A DNA stretch of 32,000 nt from Candidatus Methylomirabilis oxygeniifera (GCA_000091165.1 FP565575.1:2070001-2102000), one strand, 5' to 3'; shown: positions 1 through 9,784, counted from the first letter of the stretch. The notes: a model not told the origin generated them from the sequence alone. Program-made: numbers and translations.

Positions 1-501
1 CACGTTGTTAGAGCCGATCCCCGCCTTCATCAATTTGTTGATGGCGTAACCTTCAAAGATCGTTGTTTGCCCCGAGAAGTAGACTGCGACCGACTCCGGA
101 CCGTGCTGTTGAATAGCCTCTTTAAACTTGGAGGCCATGATATCCATCGCCTGAGTCCAGGAGATCTCAGCGAACTTGTTGCCTTGGCGAAGCAGCGGAG
201 CCTTATAGCGGTCAGGGCCATAGAGAATTTTAGGGAGACTATAACCTTTGATGCAGAGCAGGCCACGATTGACGGGCGCCTCTGGATCGCCTTTGACGGC
301 CACCACTTTGCCTTCCCGAAGTCCTACCAGCACGCCGCATCCAACCCCGCAGAAACGACAGGGGCTCTTCTTCCATTCCTCTGCCGTCTCGGCAGCCTCC
401 GCAACCCCCTCGGGGATAGCGAATAGTGCGTCGGGCGAAGTCAGAGCTACGGCGCTTGCCCCGGCTAAGGTCTTTAAAAGCTCTCTACGAGAAAGTTTCA
501 T
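1..501 (-). CDS. napA: Periplasmic nitrate reductase catalytic subunit, N-terminal part (molybdopterin oxidoreductase, truncated by window edge)
   Basis: Not in the supplied ORF track. Reverse-strand reading from ATG at 501 gives MKLSRRELLKTLAGASAVALTSPDALFA..., a Tat-like signal, then SPCRFCGVGCGVLVGLREGKVVAVKGDPEAPVNRGLLCIKGYSLPKILYGPDRYKAPLLRQG..., the N-terminal 4Fe-4S/MGD pattern of NapA-type enzymes. Open to base 1. Confidence 0.88.
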   Translation of the reverse strand, partial: MKLSRRELLKTLAGASAVALTSPDALFAIPEGVAEAAETAEEWKKSPCRFCGVGCGVLVGLREGKVVAVKGDPEAPVNRGLLCIKGYSLPKILYGPDRYKAPLLRQGNKFAEISWTQAMDIMASKFKEAIQQHGPESVAVYFSGQTTIFEGYAINKLMKAGIGSNNV

Positions 502-548
502 GTTTGGCCCTCAGGTCCGGATTAACTGAACACTGTCATCACGGTCTC

Positions 549-1778
549 TTACATCCCAAATTTGTGCGCCCTGTTGGCGAAAAAGATCCCGGAGGGATGA
601 TCCGCCGGGAACTCTTTCAGCACCTGAAAGGTCGCCGTATCGTACACAACGACTTTGCCGCCGTCCATCAGAGAGACGTACGCAGCTTCTCCCTTTGGCG
701 TAAACTGCGGGTGTGTGGCCCCGGCCCCGGGATTGAGCGTTTTGACAACCTTCATGCTGTCAACGTCAATGACATCGATCAGATCTCCGTTTTTACCGAT
801 AATGTCTACCCATACTTGACGTCCGTCAGGTCGTACCACGGTGTAGAGCGCGGTCCCGCTGATCGGCACGGGGGTGAGCGGCGTCCAGTCGAGCGTGGAA
901 TAGACCAGCGCAACCTCGCGCTTGAGCGCAGGCAGAAAAGCCAACCGCCCAGTAAGAGCCCAGCCTTTGAGATGCGGAATTTTCCACAGTGGAACATCGG
1001 GACCTTTACCCTGCTCGGCCAGAATCGGAGCGACTCGATCGAGCTTCCAGGTATCGAGGAGCCCCATCCAGTTCGAGTCTAAAAAGCCCGCGAGATAGTA
1101 GCGTCCGTCCGGACTGATCAGCGCGTCATACGGCATCTTCCCGACATCGGGAAACTTTCGAATTACGGGAAACTCTTTTTTCCCCGCATCCACCACCCAT
1201 ATGCTGTTGCCGTCCATCAAAGAAAATACGAGGAGGTTGCCGGGGGCATCAACTAACCCCGCCACTCGGGACGGTAATTGCTCTCTGCCCTTTTCACTTG
1301 CGTCCGTGTACAGGGCCGGGATCGTCTTCACCAGTTCCAACGTGTCGGCGTCCAGAATGCGCACCTCGCCTGGAACATAATTACTGAGGGCTACGTACTT
1401 GCCATCCTGGCTAACCACACCGCCGACGGACAATTTCCCTGCATTCACCTGCTTAACAAGCTTCAGAGTGAGAAGATCGATCTTGGAGACTTCGCCTGTG
1501 CGACCGATGACATAGGCGTAGCGCGCGTCCGGGGAGAATTTCACCGTCGCGTGGGTAAGGTTGCCGAGTCCCGAGATGCGCCCCAGCAGTTCGTGGCGGG
1601 AGGAGTCGATGATAAGTACGCTGCCGGCCTGTCGCTCAATGACGACCACCAACGACGCCGTCCCCCACCGCCGCTCATCGGCGCTCGAATGCAGGGGCAG
1701 GCTGAGCGCCAGGAGAATGAGGAATGCCTTAACCGCGAACCGAAATATGCGTACTCGCACGACTGTCTTCCTTTCCAT
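549..1778 (-). CDS. nirF: NirF-like heme d1 biosynthesis protein (cytochrome d1 beta-propeller domain)
   Basis: 409 aa with hydrophobic N-terminus, then GTASLVVVIERQAGSVLIIDSSRHELLGRISGLGNLTHATVKFSPDARYAYVIGRTGEVSKIDLLTLKLVKQVNAG, typical of NirF; no CXXCH. Adjacent to nirJ and nirS. Confidence 0.85.
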   Translation of the reverse strand: MERKTVVRVRIFRFAVKAFLILLALSLPLHSSADERRWGTASLVVVIERQAGSVLIIDSSRHELLGRISGLGNLTHATVKFSPDARYAYVIGRTGEVSKIDLLTLKLVKQVNAGKLSVGGVVSQDGKYVALSNYVPGEVRILDADTLELVKTIPALYTDASEKGREQLPSRVAGLVDAPGNLLVFSLMDGNSIWVVDAGKKEFPVIRKFPDVGKMPYDALISPDGRYYLAGFLDSNWMGLLDTWKLDRVAPILAEQGKGPDVPLWKIPHLKGWALTGRLAFLPALKREVALVYSTLDWTPLTPVPISGTALYTVVRPDGRQVWVDIIGKNGDLIDVIDVDSMKVVKTLNPGAGATHPQFTPKGEAAYVSLMDGGKVVVYDTATFQVLKEFPADHPSGIFFANRAHKFGM

Positions 1779-2949
1779 TCGTCGATGAGATCCCTAACTC
1801 CTCGTCGCTCAGGTAACAGCTAGGGTCGGACGCCCACAGATCCCCGGTTGTCGCCTCCGCCCTGACTCTCGAGTTGCCGCCGCACAGATCGAGATACGGG
1901 CATTGGGCACAGCGGCCCTTGAGCGCGTGTCGGCGATCTTTCAGGACGCGCATGATCGGATCAGTGGTATCTTCCCAGATCGCCGCAAAACTCCGCTCTC
2001 GAACATTGCCGAGGGTGTAATGTCTCCAAAACGGATCGGCATAGACGTGTCCGAGGCTGTCGATACAGCCCAGAGAGACGCCGGAGCTGTTTCCCCCTCG
2101 GCGCTGCAGGAGCCGAAAGACCGATTGCGCCTTCGCAGGGGCAGACCCTCGTATCTTCAAGTAGAGGTAGACACCGTCGGCATCGTTATTACCGGTGGTG
2201 ACCTCGATCTTGGATCCGCGGCGATGCATATCGACACTCCTCTGGATGAGATAATCGATCGCGCCGCGCCGTTCCTCAGGCGACAGATCGTCATGGACCA
2301 GCCCCGCACCTCGGCCTGAATAGACCAGGTGGGCGAAGTACAGGCGATCTACGTTCTCCTGCTCCGCCAGGTCACACATCGCGGGCAGATCGTGCAGGGT
2401 CCGACGGCACAGTGCAGTCCGTATGCCGACCTTCATCCCTTCATCGCGAGCGTGCCGCAGCCCTTGCAGCGCCAGCGCAAACGAGCCATCCATTCCCCGA
2501 AAACGATCATGGACCGGGCCGATACCATCCAGGCTCACGCCGACATACGTGATGCCGAGGCGCCTCAGCCGCCTTGCGGCTGCCGCGTCGATCAACGTCC
2601 CGTTCGTAGACAACGCACAACGCAATCCAAGATCTTGCGCATGCTCGGCGAGCGTGTAGAGATCCTCTCGAAACAACGGATCACCACCGGACAGAATGAG
2701 CATCGGGATCTTATAGCCGGTGAGATCCGCGATCAGCCGCTTCCCTTCGTCGGTCGTCAACTCATCGGCATAGGCGCGGTCCTGCGATTGGCTGTAGCAG
2801 TGCAGACAATGGAGGTTACAGCGCCGCGTCAGATTCCAGATAACCACCGGCCTTTCCACGGAAGGCGGCAGAGACCATCCATCCTTCTGCGTTGGAGGCG
2901 TCTGAGCGCCTTGAGCGGGCCCGCACAACAGTTCTGTAATCCTCAGCAT
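1729..2949 (-). CDS. nirJ: Radical SAM/SPASM protein, NirJ-like (heme d1 biosynthesis)
   Basis: CNLHCLHC radical SAM motif, LSGGDPLFR, C-terminal SPASM-like cysteines (CAQCPYLDLCGG); located between nirS and nirF. Confidence 0.87.
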   Translation of the reverse strand: MLRITELLCGPAQGAQTPPTQKDGWSLPPSVERPVVIWNLTRRCNLHCLHCYSQSQDRAYADELTTDEGKRLIADLTGYKIPMLILSGGDPLFREDLYTLAEHAQDLGLRCALSTNGTLIDAAAARRLRRLGITYVGVSLDGIGPVHDRFRGMDGSFALALQGLRHARDEGMKVGIRTALCRRTLHDLPAMCDLAEQENVDRLYFAHLVYSGRGAGLVHDDLSPEERRGAIDYLIQRSVDMHRRGSKIEVTTGNNDADGVYLYLKIRGSAPAKAQSVFRLLQRRGGNSSGVSLGCIDSLGHVYADPFWRHYTLGNVRERSFAAIWEDTTDPIMRVLKDRRHALKGRCAQCPYLDLCGGNSRVRAEATTGDLWASDPSCYLSDEELGISSTNGKEDSRASTHISVRG

Positions 2950-3101
2950 TATCTATATTCCATGGCCAAGCGCGGCTTTCTTGAGGCTCTGGCTCTGCTT
3001 CTCCAGGGAAGCCTGCTAGCCCCTTACTCCATACTCAAGCCGACCACCCCGCATCCATCGGCCAACTTTATTATAATAGCGCGCTTTACAATAATATGAA
3101 A

Positions 3102-3141
3102 GACCGCCAGGGTGAGCCGTTCGAGACTCACCCTGGCGGTC
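3102..3141 (-). terminator. Strong hairpin between nirS and nirJ
   Basis: Perfect 15-bp inverted repeat gaccgccagggtgag (3102-3116) / ctcaccctggcggtc (3127-3141), 10-nt loop, just past the nirS stop (3164); minus strand continues TTTCATATTATTG. Confidence 0.7.
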
Positions 3142-3163
3142 CATTTTCCACGTGCGACCTTGA

Positions 3164-4804
3164 TTAATAAATATCCTTCACAGTGTTGTAGACGTTAAAC
3201 TTACCTGTCGGCGTGATGATGCGCGGATCGTCGATCCTGGCCTTCTCTTGCAGTGTCTTATCATCATACACGACGATCTCGCTCTTGCCGTCTTTCTTCC
3301 CCCAGACGCTGATCCACACCTCATCCCCGGCCTTATTGAACTCGAAATGCACAGCGCGACCTTTGTCCGATACCTTCCAGCACTTCGGATCTTTCTCCGG
3401 ATTCGCTTTCTCGAAAACGCAGACCTGCTTTTGAATGGCTGGATCGCCATTCAGGGCGTGATCTACCCAGACATTTTTACTCTTCGGGTGCGTCTTGATA
3501 AACAGGCCGCCTCCTCCGAGCGTCTTGAGATCCCTCACCTTTTTCCAGGCAGACTCCTTGTGCTTGGCCGGATCGGTACCGTAAACGGCGATCTTGCCTT
3601 CGCCGAGATGCGGGGTACCATTCACCGGACCGAATTTCGGATCGATCCAGTTGGCGCCACGTCCCGGATGAGGCTTGATTCCGGATTCGAAGATCGCCTC
3701 CAGCTTACCCTTCTCGACGTCGATCACGACCACCTTGTTCGCCATGTTAGCCGCCACCATGAAGTAGCGTTTGGTGCTGTCCCAGCCGCCGTCGTGCAGA
3801 AACTTCTCGCCTTGGATCTGGGTCATCTTGAGGTTCTTGAGATCCGAGTAATCGACAAGCCAGATCAGCCCGGTCTCCTTAATGTTAATGACCCACTCGG
3901 GCTTGAAGTGCGACGCCACGATCGAGGCGACCCGGGGCTCGGGGTGATACTCCATCGTATCGTAGGTCATGCTCCGACTGCTGATGACCTTCAGTGGTTC
4001 CAGCGTGTTACCGTCCGTCACAATAATCTGCGGCGGCCAATAGCAACCGATGACGGCCAGCTTGTCGGTGAAGTCACCGAGCTTACCTTTATACTTACTC
4101 GTATCGATAGAGCGCGCATCGCTGCACGGTTTGATCTCCGCGATCTTATCCGGAACCTTCATCCACAGATCGATCATCGTCGCCCGACCATCACGGCCGA
4201 TAGTATACATGTAGCGTCCCGAAAAGGAACTGCGCGAGATATGGACCGCAAACCCCGTCTTGACCGTGTTGACGATCTCTTTGGTATCGCCGTCGATGAT
4301 CGCCACCTGACCGGCGTCACGAAGGGTCACGGCGAAAAAGTTCTGCCAGTCACGGTTATGTTCTGGCTTCGTGGGTCGCTTATCCGGCGGCACGATCAGG
4401 TTCCAGCTTTTCTTCATATCCGCCATAGAGAGCTCGGGAGGTGTGGGCGGGTCATGCTGGATGTAACGGGCCATCAGGTCGCTTTCGGCGTCGGTGAGAA
4501 TGCCTTGCCGACCCCAGTCCGGCATCCCGCCTCCCGTACCATTCACGATGAACGCTTTCAAAACCGGTGTAGTCAAAGCGCGGGTTTTTGCCGGCAGAAG
4601 CTGCGGACCGGTTGCACCTTTTCTCAAGACCCCGTGACAGCCCGCGCACCGGTCGAAATAGATCTGCTTGGCCGCCTCAAGTTCGCCAGGGGCCAGCGGT
4701 GGAGCCGGTGGAAGCGCCGGCGGCGCCTCCGCAGCCAGAACCGGAACGGTCCATAGCATGCCTAGCGCCACAGTTAACACCGTCAACTTTGTTCTAGTCG
4801 TCAT
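3164..4804 (-). CDS. nirS: Cytochrome cd1 nitrite reductase (NO-forming)
   Basis: 546 aa; signal peptide, CAGCHG c-heme motif, d1 propeller sequence (YMYTIGRDGRATMIDLWMKVPDKIAEIKPCSDARSIDTSKYKG...), PDFGPVNGTPHLGEG-like region and typical C-terminus (VYNTVKDIY). Confidence 0.95.
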   Translation of the reverse strand: MTTRTKLTVLTVALGMLWTVPVLAAEAPPALPPAPPLAPGELEAAKQIYFDRCAGCHGVLRKGATGPQLLPAKTRALTTPVLKAFIVNGTGGGMPDWGRQGILTDAESDLMARYIQHDPPTPPELSMADMKKSWNLIVPPDKRPTKPEHNRDWQNFFAVTLRDAGQVAIIDGDTKEIVNTVKTGFAVHISRSSFSGRYMYTIGRDGRATMIDLWMKVPDKIAEIKPCSDARSIDTSKYKGKLGDFTDKLAVIGCYWPPQIIVTDGNTLEPLKVISSRSMTYDTMEYHPEPRVASIVASHFKPEWVINIKETGLIWLVDYSDLKNLKMTQIQGEKFLHDGGWDSTKRYFMVAANMANKVVVIDVEKGKLEAIFESGIKPHPGRGANWIDPKFGPVNGTPHLGEGKIAVYGTDPAKHKESAWKKVRDLKTLGGGGLFIKTHPKSKNVWVDHALNGDPAIQKQVCVFEKANPEKDPKCWKVSDKGRAVHFEFNKAGDEVWISVWGKKDGKSEIVVYDDKTLQEKARIDDPRIITPTGKFNVYNTVKDIY

Positions 4805-5148
4805 GCCCTCTCCTTTCGTTAAATGGTATCCACAGGCATTCCACGGTTAGCGCGCTGTCAGACCTTACTCGCGACTCCACGTTGACTGCATACCGTTTAT
4901 ACTGCTCAACTGTATGCTTCTGTGACTGGTGAGCCTATTTGACACACTACCAAGCCGCATTGGGGGCCACTATCGCACCGCCAGCGTCCGCCTGTCAAGG
5001 GTTTTCTTGGGCCGGACCGGACAACATATTTCGATTGAAAGCGTCTGGACAGCAATGGTAGGGTAGAGACAGAGCTATACGCCGCTTTTCAGCATACAGC
5101 ACCCGGAGGAACGCGAAGCCGGGAACGGACGAGTCATGGAGATACGAG

Positions 5149-6207
5149 ATGTTTGAGACCATCGAATGGACATCGGCAGGCATGGTCCGGCTTTTGGATC
5201 AACGCCGGTTGCCGGCGGAGGAAGTGTATGTGGAGTGCCGCGATGCGGCGGCGGTCGCGCAGGCAATCCGGTCGATGCAGATTCGCGGAGCCCCGGCGAT
5301 CGGTGTGGCCGGCGCCATGGGCTTGGCGTTAGCGGCGCAGTCGATTCAGGCAAGCAGTTTCGAGGAGTTCGATGCGGAGTTATCGCGCCATGGCGAGGCG
5401 CTGCGCCGGACCCGCCCTACAGCCGTGAATCTGGCATGGGGGATCGAGCGGATGCTGCGGTGCGCTCAGCAGCATAAGGCCCTCCCGATCGCCGAGCTCG
5501 TTGAGGCCCTCATTCGGGAGGCGCAACAGATCCGGGAGGAAGACATCCGGGACAACCGGGCGATCGGCGCATACGGCCAAGGACTGATCCCCGATGGAGC
5601 CGCCGTCCTGACTCACTGTAATGCCGGGGCCCTGGCAACCGCCGGCTATGGAACCGCCCTAGGAGTGATCCGCGCGGCGCACGCGGCCGGGACCAGACTG
5701 TCGGTGTGGGCCGGTGAGACCAGACCGTTTCTGCAAGGCGCCAGACTGACCGCCTGGGAGTTGCAGCAGGACGGCATTCCGGTGACGCTCATCACCGACA
5801 ATATGGCGGGACACCTGATGCAGCGGGGCGAGATCGATCTCGTCATTGTTGGAGCCGACCGGATCGCTCGTAACGGCGACGTGGCGAATAAGATCGGAAC
5901 CTACACCCTGGCCGTTCTGGCGCAAGCGCACGGGCTCCCGTTCTATGTCGCAGCCCCCCTGTCCACTCTGGATCTGTCGCTTCGCGACGGCGAGGCAATC
6001 CCGATCGAGGAGCGCGATCCCAAAGAGGTCACCGATTGGGCCGGTGTTCGGACCGCACCGGTGGGTGTGAGGGCGAGAAATCCCGTCTTCGACGTGACAC
6101 CACACCGCTATATTACCGCCCTGATTACCGATCGGGGCATAGTCCGGTCCCCCTATGACTCAGGCTTATCCGCACTGACCGGGATCGGCCCTTCGGGCAG
6201 GGTATAG
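5149..6207 (+). CDS. mtnA: S-methyl-5-thioribose-1-phosphate isomerase
   Basis: [81 protein letters not shown]: MtnA/eIF2B-alpha family signatures. Confidence 0.93.
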   Translation: MFETIEWTSAGMVRLLDQRRLPAEEVYVECRDAAAVAQAIRSMQIRGAPAIGVAGAMGLALAAQSIQASSFEEFDAELSRHGEALRRTRPTAVNLAWGIERMLRCAQQHKALPIAELVEALIREAQQIREEDIRDNRAIGAYGQGLIPDGAAVLTHCNAGALATAGYGTALGVIRAAHAAGTRLSVWAGETRPFLQGARLTAWELQQDGIPVTLITDNMAGHLMQRGEIDLVIVGADRIARNGDVANKIGTYTLAVLAQAHGLPFYVAAPLSTLDLSLRDGEAIPIEERDPKEVTDWAGVRTAPVGVRARNPVFDVTPHRYITALITDRGIVRSPYDSGLSALTGIGPSGRV

Positions 6208-6240
6208 GGTATAGGGTATGGGGTATAGGGTATGGGGTAG
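6199..6240. repeat. Imperfect heptamer tandem array (RGGGTAT)n
   Basis: agggtat agggtat agggtat ggggtat agggtat ggggtag: six consecutive 7-nt units overlapping the mtnA stop codon. Confidence 0.9.
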
Positions 6241-8524
6241 TCGATACCCTGGATTCTATGCGTTACGTTCTACACACCGCTTGGTTATAATACTCTCCGC
6301 CTTTTTGCTGGTGCTGCTGGCGCCGTTGCACGCCACCGCCCAGGAGGCGTCGGTCGGATCCTTATGGCAAAAGGCGCTCGAACACATCGAGACCAACGAT
6401 AACCAGGCGATACCCCTGCTCGACGATCTGCGCCACCGCGAGGGCTTCTCCAGGGCGCACGAGGCCCACTTCCTCCTGGGTGTGGCGCTATACAGACAGA
6501 AGCAGTGGCAGGAGGCCGCCGACGTATTGGAGGCAGCGGCCGCGCAGGAACCGCTGCTTGGCGACTATGCCCTGCACTATGCCGCATCTGCCTACCAAAC
6601 CCTTGGTCTGAACGCTCAGGCGCTGGCGGTGCTCTCACGTCTGCTTCATGAGCACCCGGACAGTCTGCTCACCGAACGAGCTCGACAGGAGCGTGCACGG
6701 CTCTATCTCGGCGCAAATCAGCTTACGCAAGCCGAGGAGGCATACCGGGATTACCTGGCTCGCGCTTCGAATGAGGCGAGACGGCGAGAGGCGCTACTTG
6801 CACTGGCGGAGATCGCCCTGAAACTTGTCCCCGACCCCGATCGGGGAGCAGATAAACGACGGGAAGCCGACGCGTTGTTACGCGAGCTGTGGCTCAAGCA
6901 TCCGGGAACCTGGGAGGCTGCGCGGGCCGGCGAACTCCTGGCCTCGATGGCGGAGGCGCCGCCCTTCACGGCTGATGAGCAGTTCGAGCGAGCGCTCAGT
7001 CTGTACCGCAGCAGTCAGTACAGCCTGGCAATTACTGCATTTGCGCCCTTCTTAGACGAAGGCTCTCGCCCCTTCGACGGGGGCCAGGACAGGTTTACCT
7101 CGCGCGCAAGACTGTGGAGCGGTATCAGCCATTTTCAACGCCGGGATTACCGCCTGGCCATCAGCCTCTTGTCGCCTATGGGTCAGGACCGCTCGCTGTA
7201 TTCGGCGGAAGCGCTGTACTGGATCGGACGAAGCTATGCCAGAGTTGATGACCGCGAACAGGCTGTCATGGCGTGGACCCGCCTGATCGATATCTACCCA
7301 AACAGCCCCTTCACTGCGGAGTCGCTCTACCTGATGGCGCTCCAGCACATCGACAACAGCCAACCGAAGCGGGCAATACAAACCCTGGATCGGCTCATCA
7401 GAAATTACCAGTCGAGCCGGTTCATCGACGCCGCGTTGTGGGCCCGGGCCTGGATTCATTACAGGCAGTCGGCGCTCAAACGAGCACTCGCCGATTTACA
7501 ACGACTCCAGGCGAGAGGTGCGTCAGATCCGCGATTTCAAGTGCAAGTCCTGTATTGGCAGGGGCGGGTCTTTGAAGGCCTGAAAAAAAGAAAAAAGGCA
7601 ACGGAGACGTACCGGAGGCTGCTCAGTATTCACAGCGACGACGACTATTACGCCGAACAGACGTATCGCCGCCTCAGGACGCTGGGCCAAAGGGCCGCGC
7701 AGACTCGCATGCCTGTCACGAGGCGGGAGGTAGGAGGCGGGAAGCGGTTGGAATCTCCACCCGCCACCCTCCAGCCCATAGCCTGTTCTTCATCCCCTGT
7801 ACCCTGCTCGTCAGGGGTCGCAAAAGCTAGGCTACTCACGGAGTTGAAACTGGGGGAAGAGGCATCGGAGGAGTTCCGGGCTCTCGCCGGGAGGTATGCG
7901 GACGACCGTGGGGTCTTATATGAGGCCTGTAGCGCGTTGCTTGACTTGGGATATCTCGAAAAAGGTGTGCGGATCGCAAAGCGCCTCCTTCGCCCACTGT
8001 ACCTACAAACTCGACCCGCTGAGCCGATACCAGGGTACTGGGAGTGCCTTTACCCGCTTGGATATTGGGAACTGGTACAAGAGCAGAGTGCGCGTTATAC
8101 CCTTGATCCGTACCTGGTGGTGGCACTGATCCGGGAGGAGAGTGCGTTTGGTGAACGGGTCGTATCATCTTCCGGGGCCGTCGGGTTGATGCAACTGCTC
8201 CCCACAACCGCTAACGGCCTGGTCAATAATACGGGAAAACCGGTGGAACCGGTGAAGCTCGACGTACCGCCAACTAATATCGCGCTCGGCACTCGATACC
8301 TGGCAATGATGATCAAGGAGTTCAAGGGCAATCGGGCCAGGGCGTTGGCCGCATACAATGCCGGGCCGAACCAGGTGCGCCGATGGTTAGAACGGTTGGG
8401 GGATCGAGTTGATGATGAGTTCATTGAAGAGATCCCATTCGCAGAAACAAGAGCGTATGTAAAGCGTGTTCTTGGAAGCTATTATCGCTACCGTACGCAG
8501 TATGGCAAAGAATCAGGTGGTTAG
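6218..8524 (+). CDS. Soluble lytic murein transglycosylase-like protein with tetratricopeptide-type helical repeats
   Basis: N-terminal hydrophobic signal (LVIILSAFLLVLLAPLHATAQ), TPR-like repeats, C-terminal SLT domain: ALIREESAFGERVVSSSGAVGLMQLLPTTANG and NIALGTRYLAMMIKEFKGNRARALAAYNAGPNQVRRWL. True start may lie downstream of 6218. Confidence 0.9.
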   Translation: MGYRVWGSRYPGFYALRSTHRLVIILSAFLLVLLAPLHATAQEASVGSLWQKALEHIETNDNQAIPLLDDLRHREGFSRAHEAHFLLGVALYRQKQWQEAADVLEAAAAQEPLLGDYALHYAASAYQTLGLNAQALAVLSRLLHEHPDSLLTERARQERARLYLGANQLTQAEEAYRDYLARASNEARRREALLALAEIALKLVPDPDRGADKRREADALLRELWLKHPGTWEAARAGELLASMAEAPPFTADEQFERALSLYRSSQYSLAITAFAPFLDEGSRPFDGGQDRFTSRARLWSGISHFQRRDYRLAISLLSPMGQDRSLYSAEALYWIGRSYARVDDREQAVMAWTRLIDIYPNSPFTAESLYLMALQHIDNSQPKRAIQTLDRLIRNYQSSRFIDAALWARAWIHYRQSALKRALADLQRLQARGASDPRFQVQVLYWQGRVFEGLKKRKKATETYRRLLSIHSDDDYYAEQTYRRLRTLGQRAAQTRMPVTRREVGGGKRLESPPATLQPIACSSSPVPCSSGVAKARLLTELKLGEEASEEFRALAGRYADDRGVLYEACSALLDLGYLEKGVRIAKRLLRPLYLQTRPAEPIPGYWECLYPLGYWELVQEQSARYTLDPYLVVALIREESAFGERVVSSSGAVGLMQLLPTTANGLVNNTGKPVEPVKLDVPPTNIALGTRYLAMMIKEFKGNRARALAAYNAGPNQVRRWLERLGDRVDDEFIEEIPFAETRAYVKRVLGSYYRYRTQYGKESGG
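7711..7815. repeat. Low-complexity in-frame insertion within the lytic transglycosylase ORF
   Basis: gaggcgggaggtaggaggcgggaagcggttggaatctccacccgccaccctcc...catcccctgtaccctgc encodes REVGGGKRLESPPATLQPIACSSSPVPCSSG, out of character with the flanking helical protein. Boundaries are approximate. Confidence 0.55.
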
Positions 8525-8546
8525 GCTAAAGACTGAAGGCTGAAGG

Positions 8547-9752
8547 ATGACGCTGGCAGGCAAAAAGATTGTGCTGGGTGTGACCGGGAGCATCGCCGCC
8601 TATAAGGCTGTCGAGCTGGTGCGGGCGCTTACTGCGGCGGAGGCCAACGTCCGGGTCGTCATGACCGCCTCGGCCCAACGCTTTGTGACCCCCCTGACAC
8701 TGGCCACGCTCTCCCGACAAGCGGTACTGACCGACCAATCGGCTTGGGAGGCTCAGATGCCTCACCTCACCGTAGCACGCAAAACCGATCTGCTCCTCGT
8801 CGCTCCGGCCACGGCCGGCCGGATCGCCAAATTTGCTCATGGGCTCGCCGACGATCTGCTGAGTACCCTCTTTCTGGCCTGCACGCGGCCGGTGGTCCTG
8901 GCACCAGCCATGGACGCGGAGATGTATCGCCACCCCGTCGTCCAGGACAACCTGGCGCGGCTACGGAGCTGGGGAGTTCGGATTGTCGGCCCTGCAACGG
9001 GGGAGTTAGCCTCGGGAGTATGGGGTCCAGGCCGGCTGGCCGAGATCAGCGAGATTGTGCACACCGTCGACGAGATACTCGGTCGGCAGCGCGATCTCAG
9101 CAACGAGGTGGTCCTGATTACTGCCGGCCCGACGCACGAGCCGCTCGATCCGGTCCGCTACCTGACTACCCGCGCTTCCGGCAAGATGGGGTATGCCTTA
9201 GCGGAAGAGGCGGTTATGCGAGGCGCACGCACAATTCTGATCAGTGGCCCGTCCTCCTTGGCGCCACCCCACGGCGCGGAGTGCATCGTGGTCGAGACCG
9301 CCCTGCAGATGCGCACGGCGGTGCTGGATCGGCTGGCTGAGTCGACGGTGATCATCAAGGCCGCCGCAGTCAGTGACTACCGCCCGACTCACCCGGCCGA
9401 GTCAAAGCTCACGAAATGCGATGCGCCCATGATGTTGGAGTTAGCACCAAATCCGGACATCCTGCGCGAGATCGGCACACAGAAGGGGGCGAGGATTGTG
9501 GTCGGTTTTGCGGCGGAAACCGGTGAACTTGTGCAACGGGCTCGCCACAAGCTGTCAACCAAGCACCTCGACCTGATCGTGGCGAACGACGTGACCCAAG
9601 AGGGCGCCGGTTTCGCCTGTGAGACCAATCGAGTGATCATCCTCGATCCGGATGGAGGGGTCGAAGAGCTTCCGCTGCTTCCCAAGCGGCTGGTGGCGCA
9701 ACGGATCCTCGATCGCGTAGTGAGCCTGCGGCAACAGAAAAATAGGGTATAG
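8547..9752 (+). CDS. coaBC: Bifunctional phosphopantothenoylcysteine decarboxylase / phosphopantothenate-cysteine ligase
   Basis: KKIVLGVTGSIAAYKAVELVRAL, APAMDAEMYRHPVVQDNLARL, VLITAGPTHEPLDPVRYLTTRASGKMGYALAEEA. Confidence 0.95.
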   Translation: MTLAGKKIVLGVTGSIAAYKAVELVRALTAAEANVRVVMTASAQRFVTPLTLATLSRQAVLTDQSAWEAQMPHLTVARKTDLLLVAPATAGRIAKFAHGLADDLLSTLFLACTRPVVLAPAMDAEMYRHPVVQDNLARLRSWGVRIVGPATGELASGVWGPGRLAEISEIVHTVDEILGRQRDLSNEVVLITAGPTHEPLDPVRYLTTRASGKMGYALAEEAVMRGARTILISGPSSLAPPHGAECIVVETALQMRTAVLDRLAESTVIIKAAAVSDYRPTHPAESKLTKCDAPMMLELAPNPDILREIGTQKGARIVVGFAAETGELVQRARHKLSTKHLDLIVANDVTQEGAGFACETNRVIILDPDGGVEELPLLPKRLVAQRILDRVVSLRQQKNRV

Positions 9753-9775
9753 GGTGTAGGGGTTAGGGTATTAGG
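9743..9775. repeat. Degenerate heptamer-like TAGGGT array at the coaBC stop codon
   Basis: tagggtatagggtgtaggggttagggtattag; same word family as the array at 6199-6240. Confidence 0.7.
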
Positions 9776-9784
9776 AGGCGCAGT

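Noticed and set aside
3248-4756. 502-aa plus-strand ORF antisense to nirS
   Set aside because: Shadow ORF on the opposite strand of a well-supported cytochrome cd1 gene; low-complexity H/R/D-rich composition and no recognisable motifs.
4888-4917. Weak dyad gcatac...gtatgc upstream of nirS
   Set aside because: Only a 6-bp match with 18-nt spacing and no match to a FNR/DNR consensus; likely chance.
6199-6240. CRISPR or phase-variation array at the heptamer repeats
   Set aside because: Units are contiguous 7-mers without spacers. Phase variation is possible in principle, but the array lies at a stop codon rather than a coding or promoter position, and no strain comparison is available.
8744-9340. 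198-aa plus-strand ORF inside coaBC
   Set aside because: Alternative frame of coaBC; no motifs, and coaBC is unambiguous.
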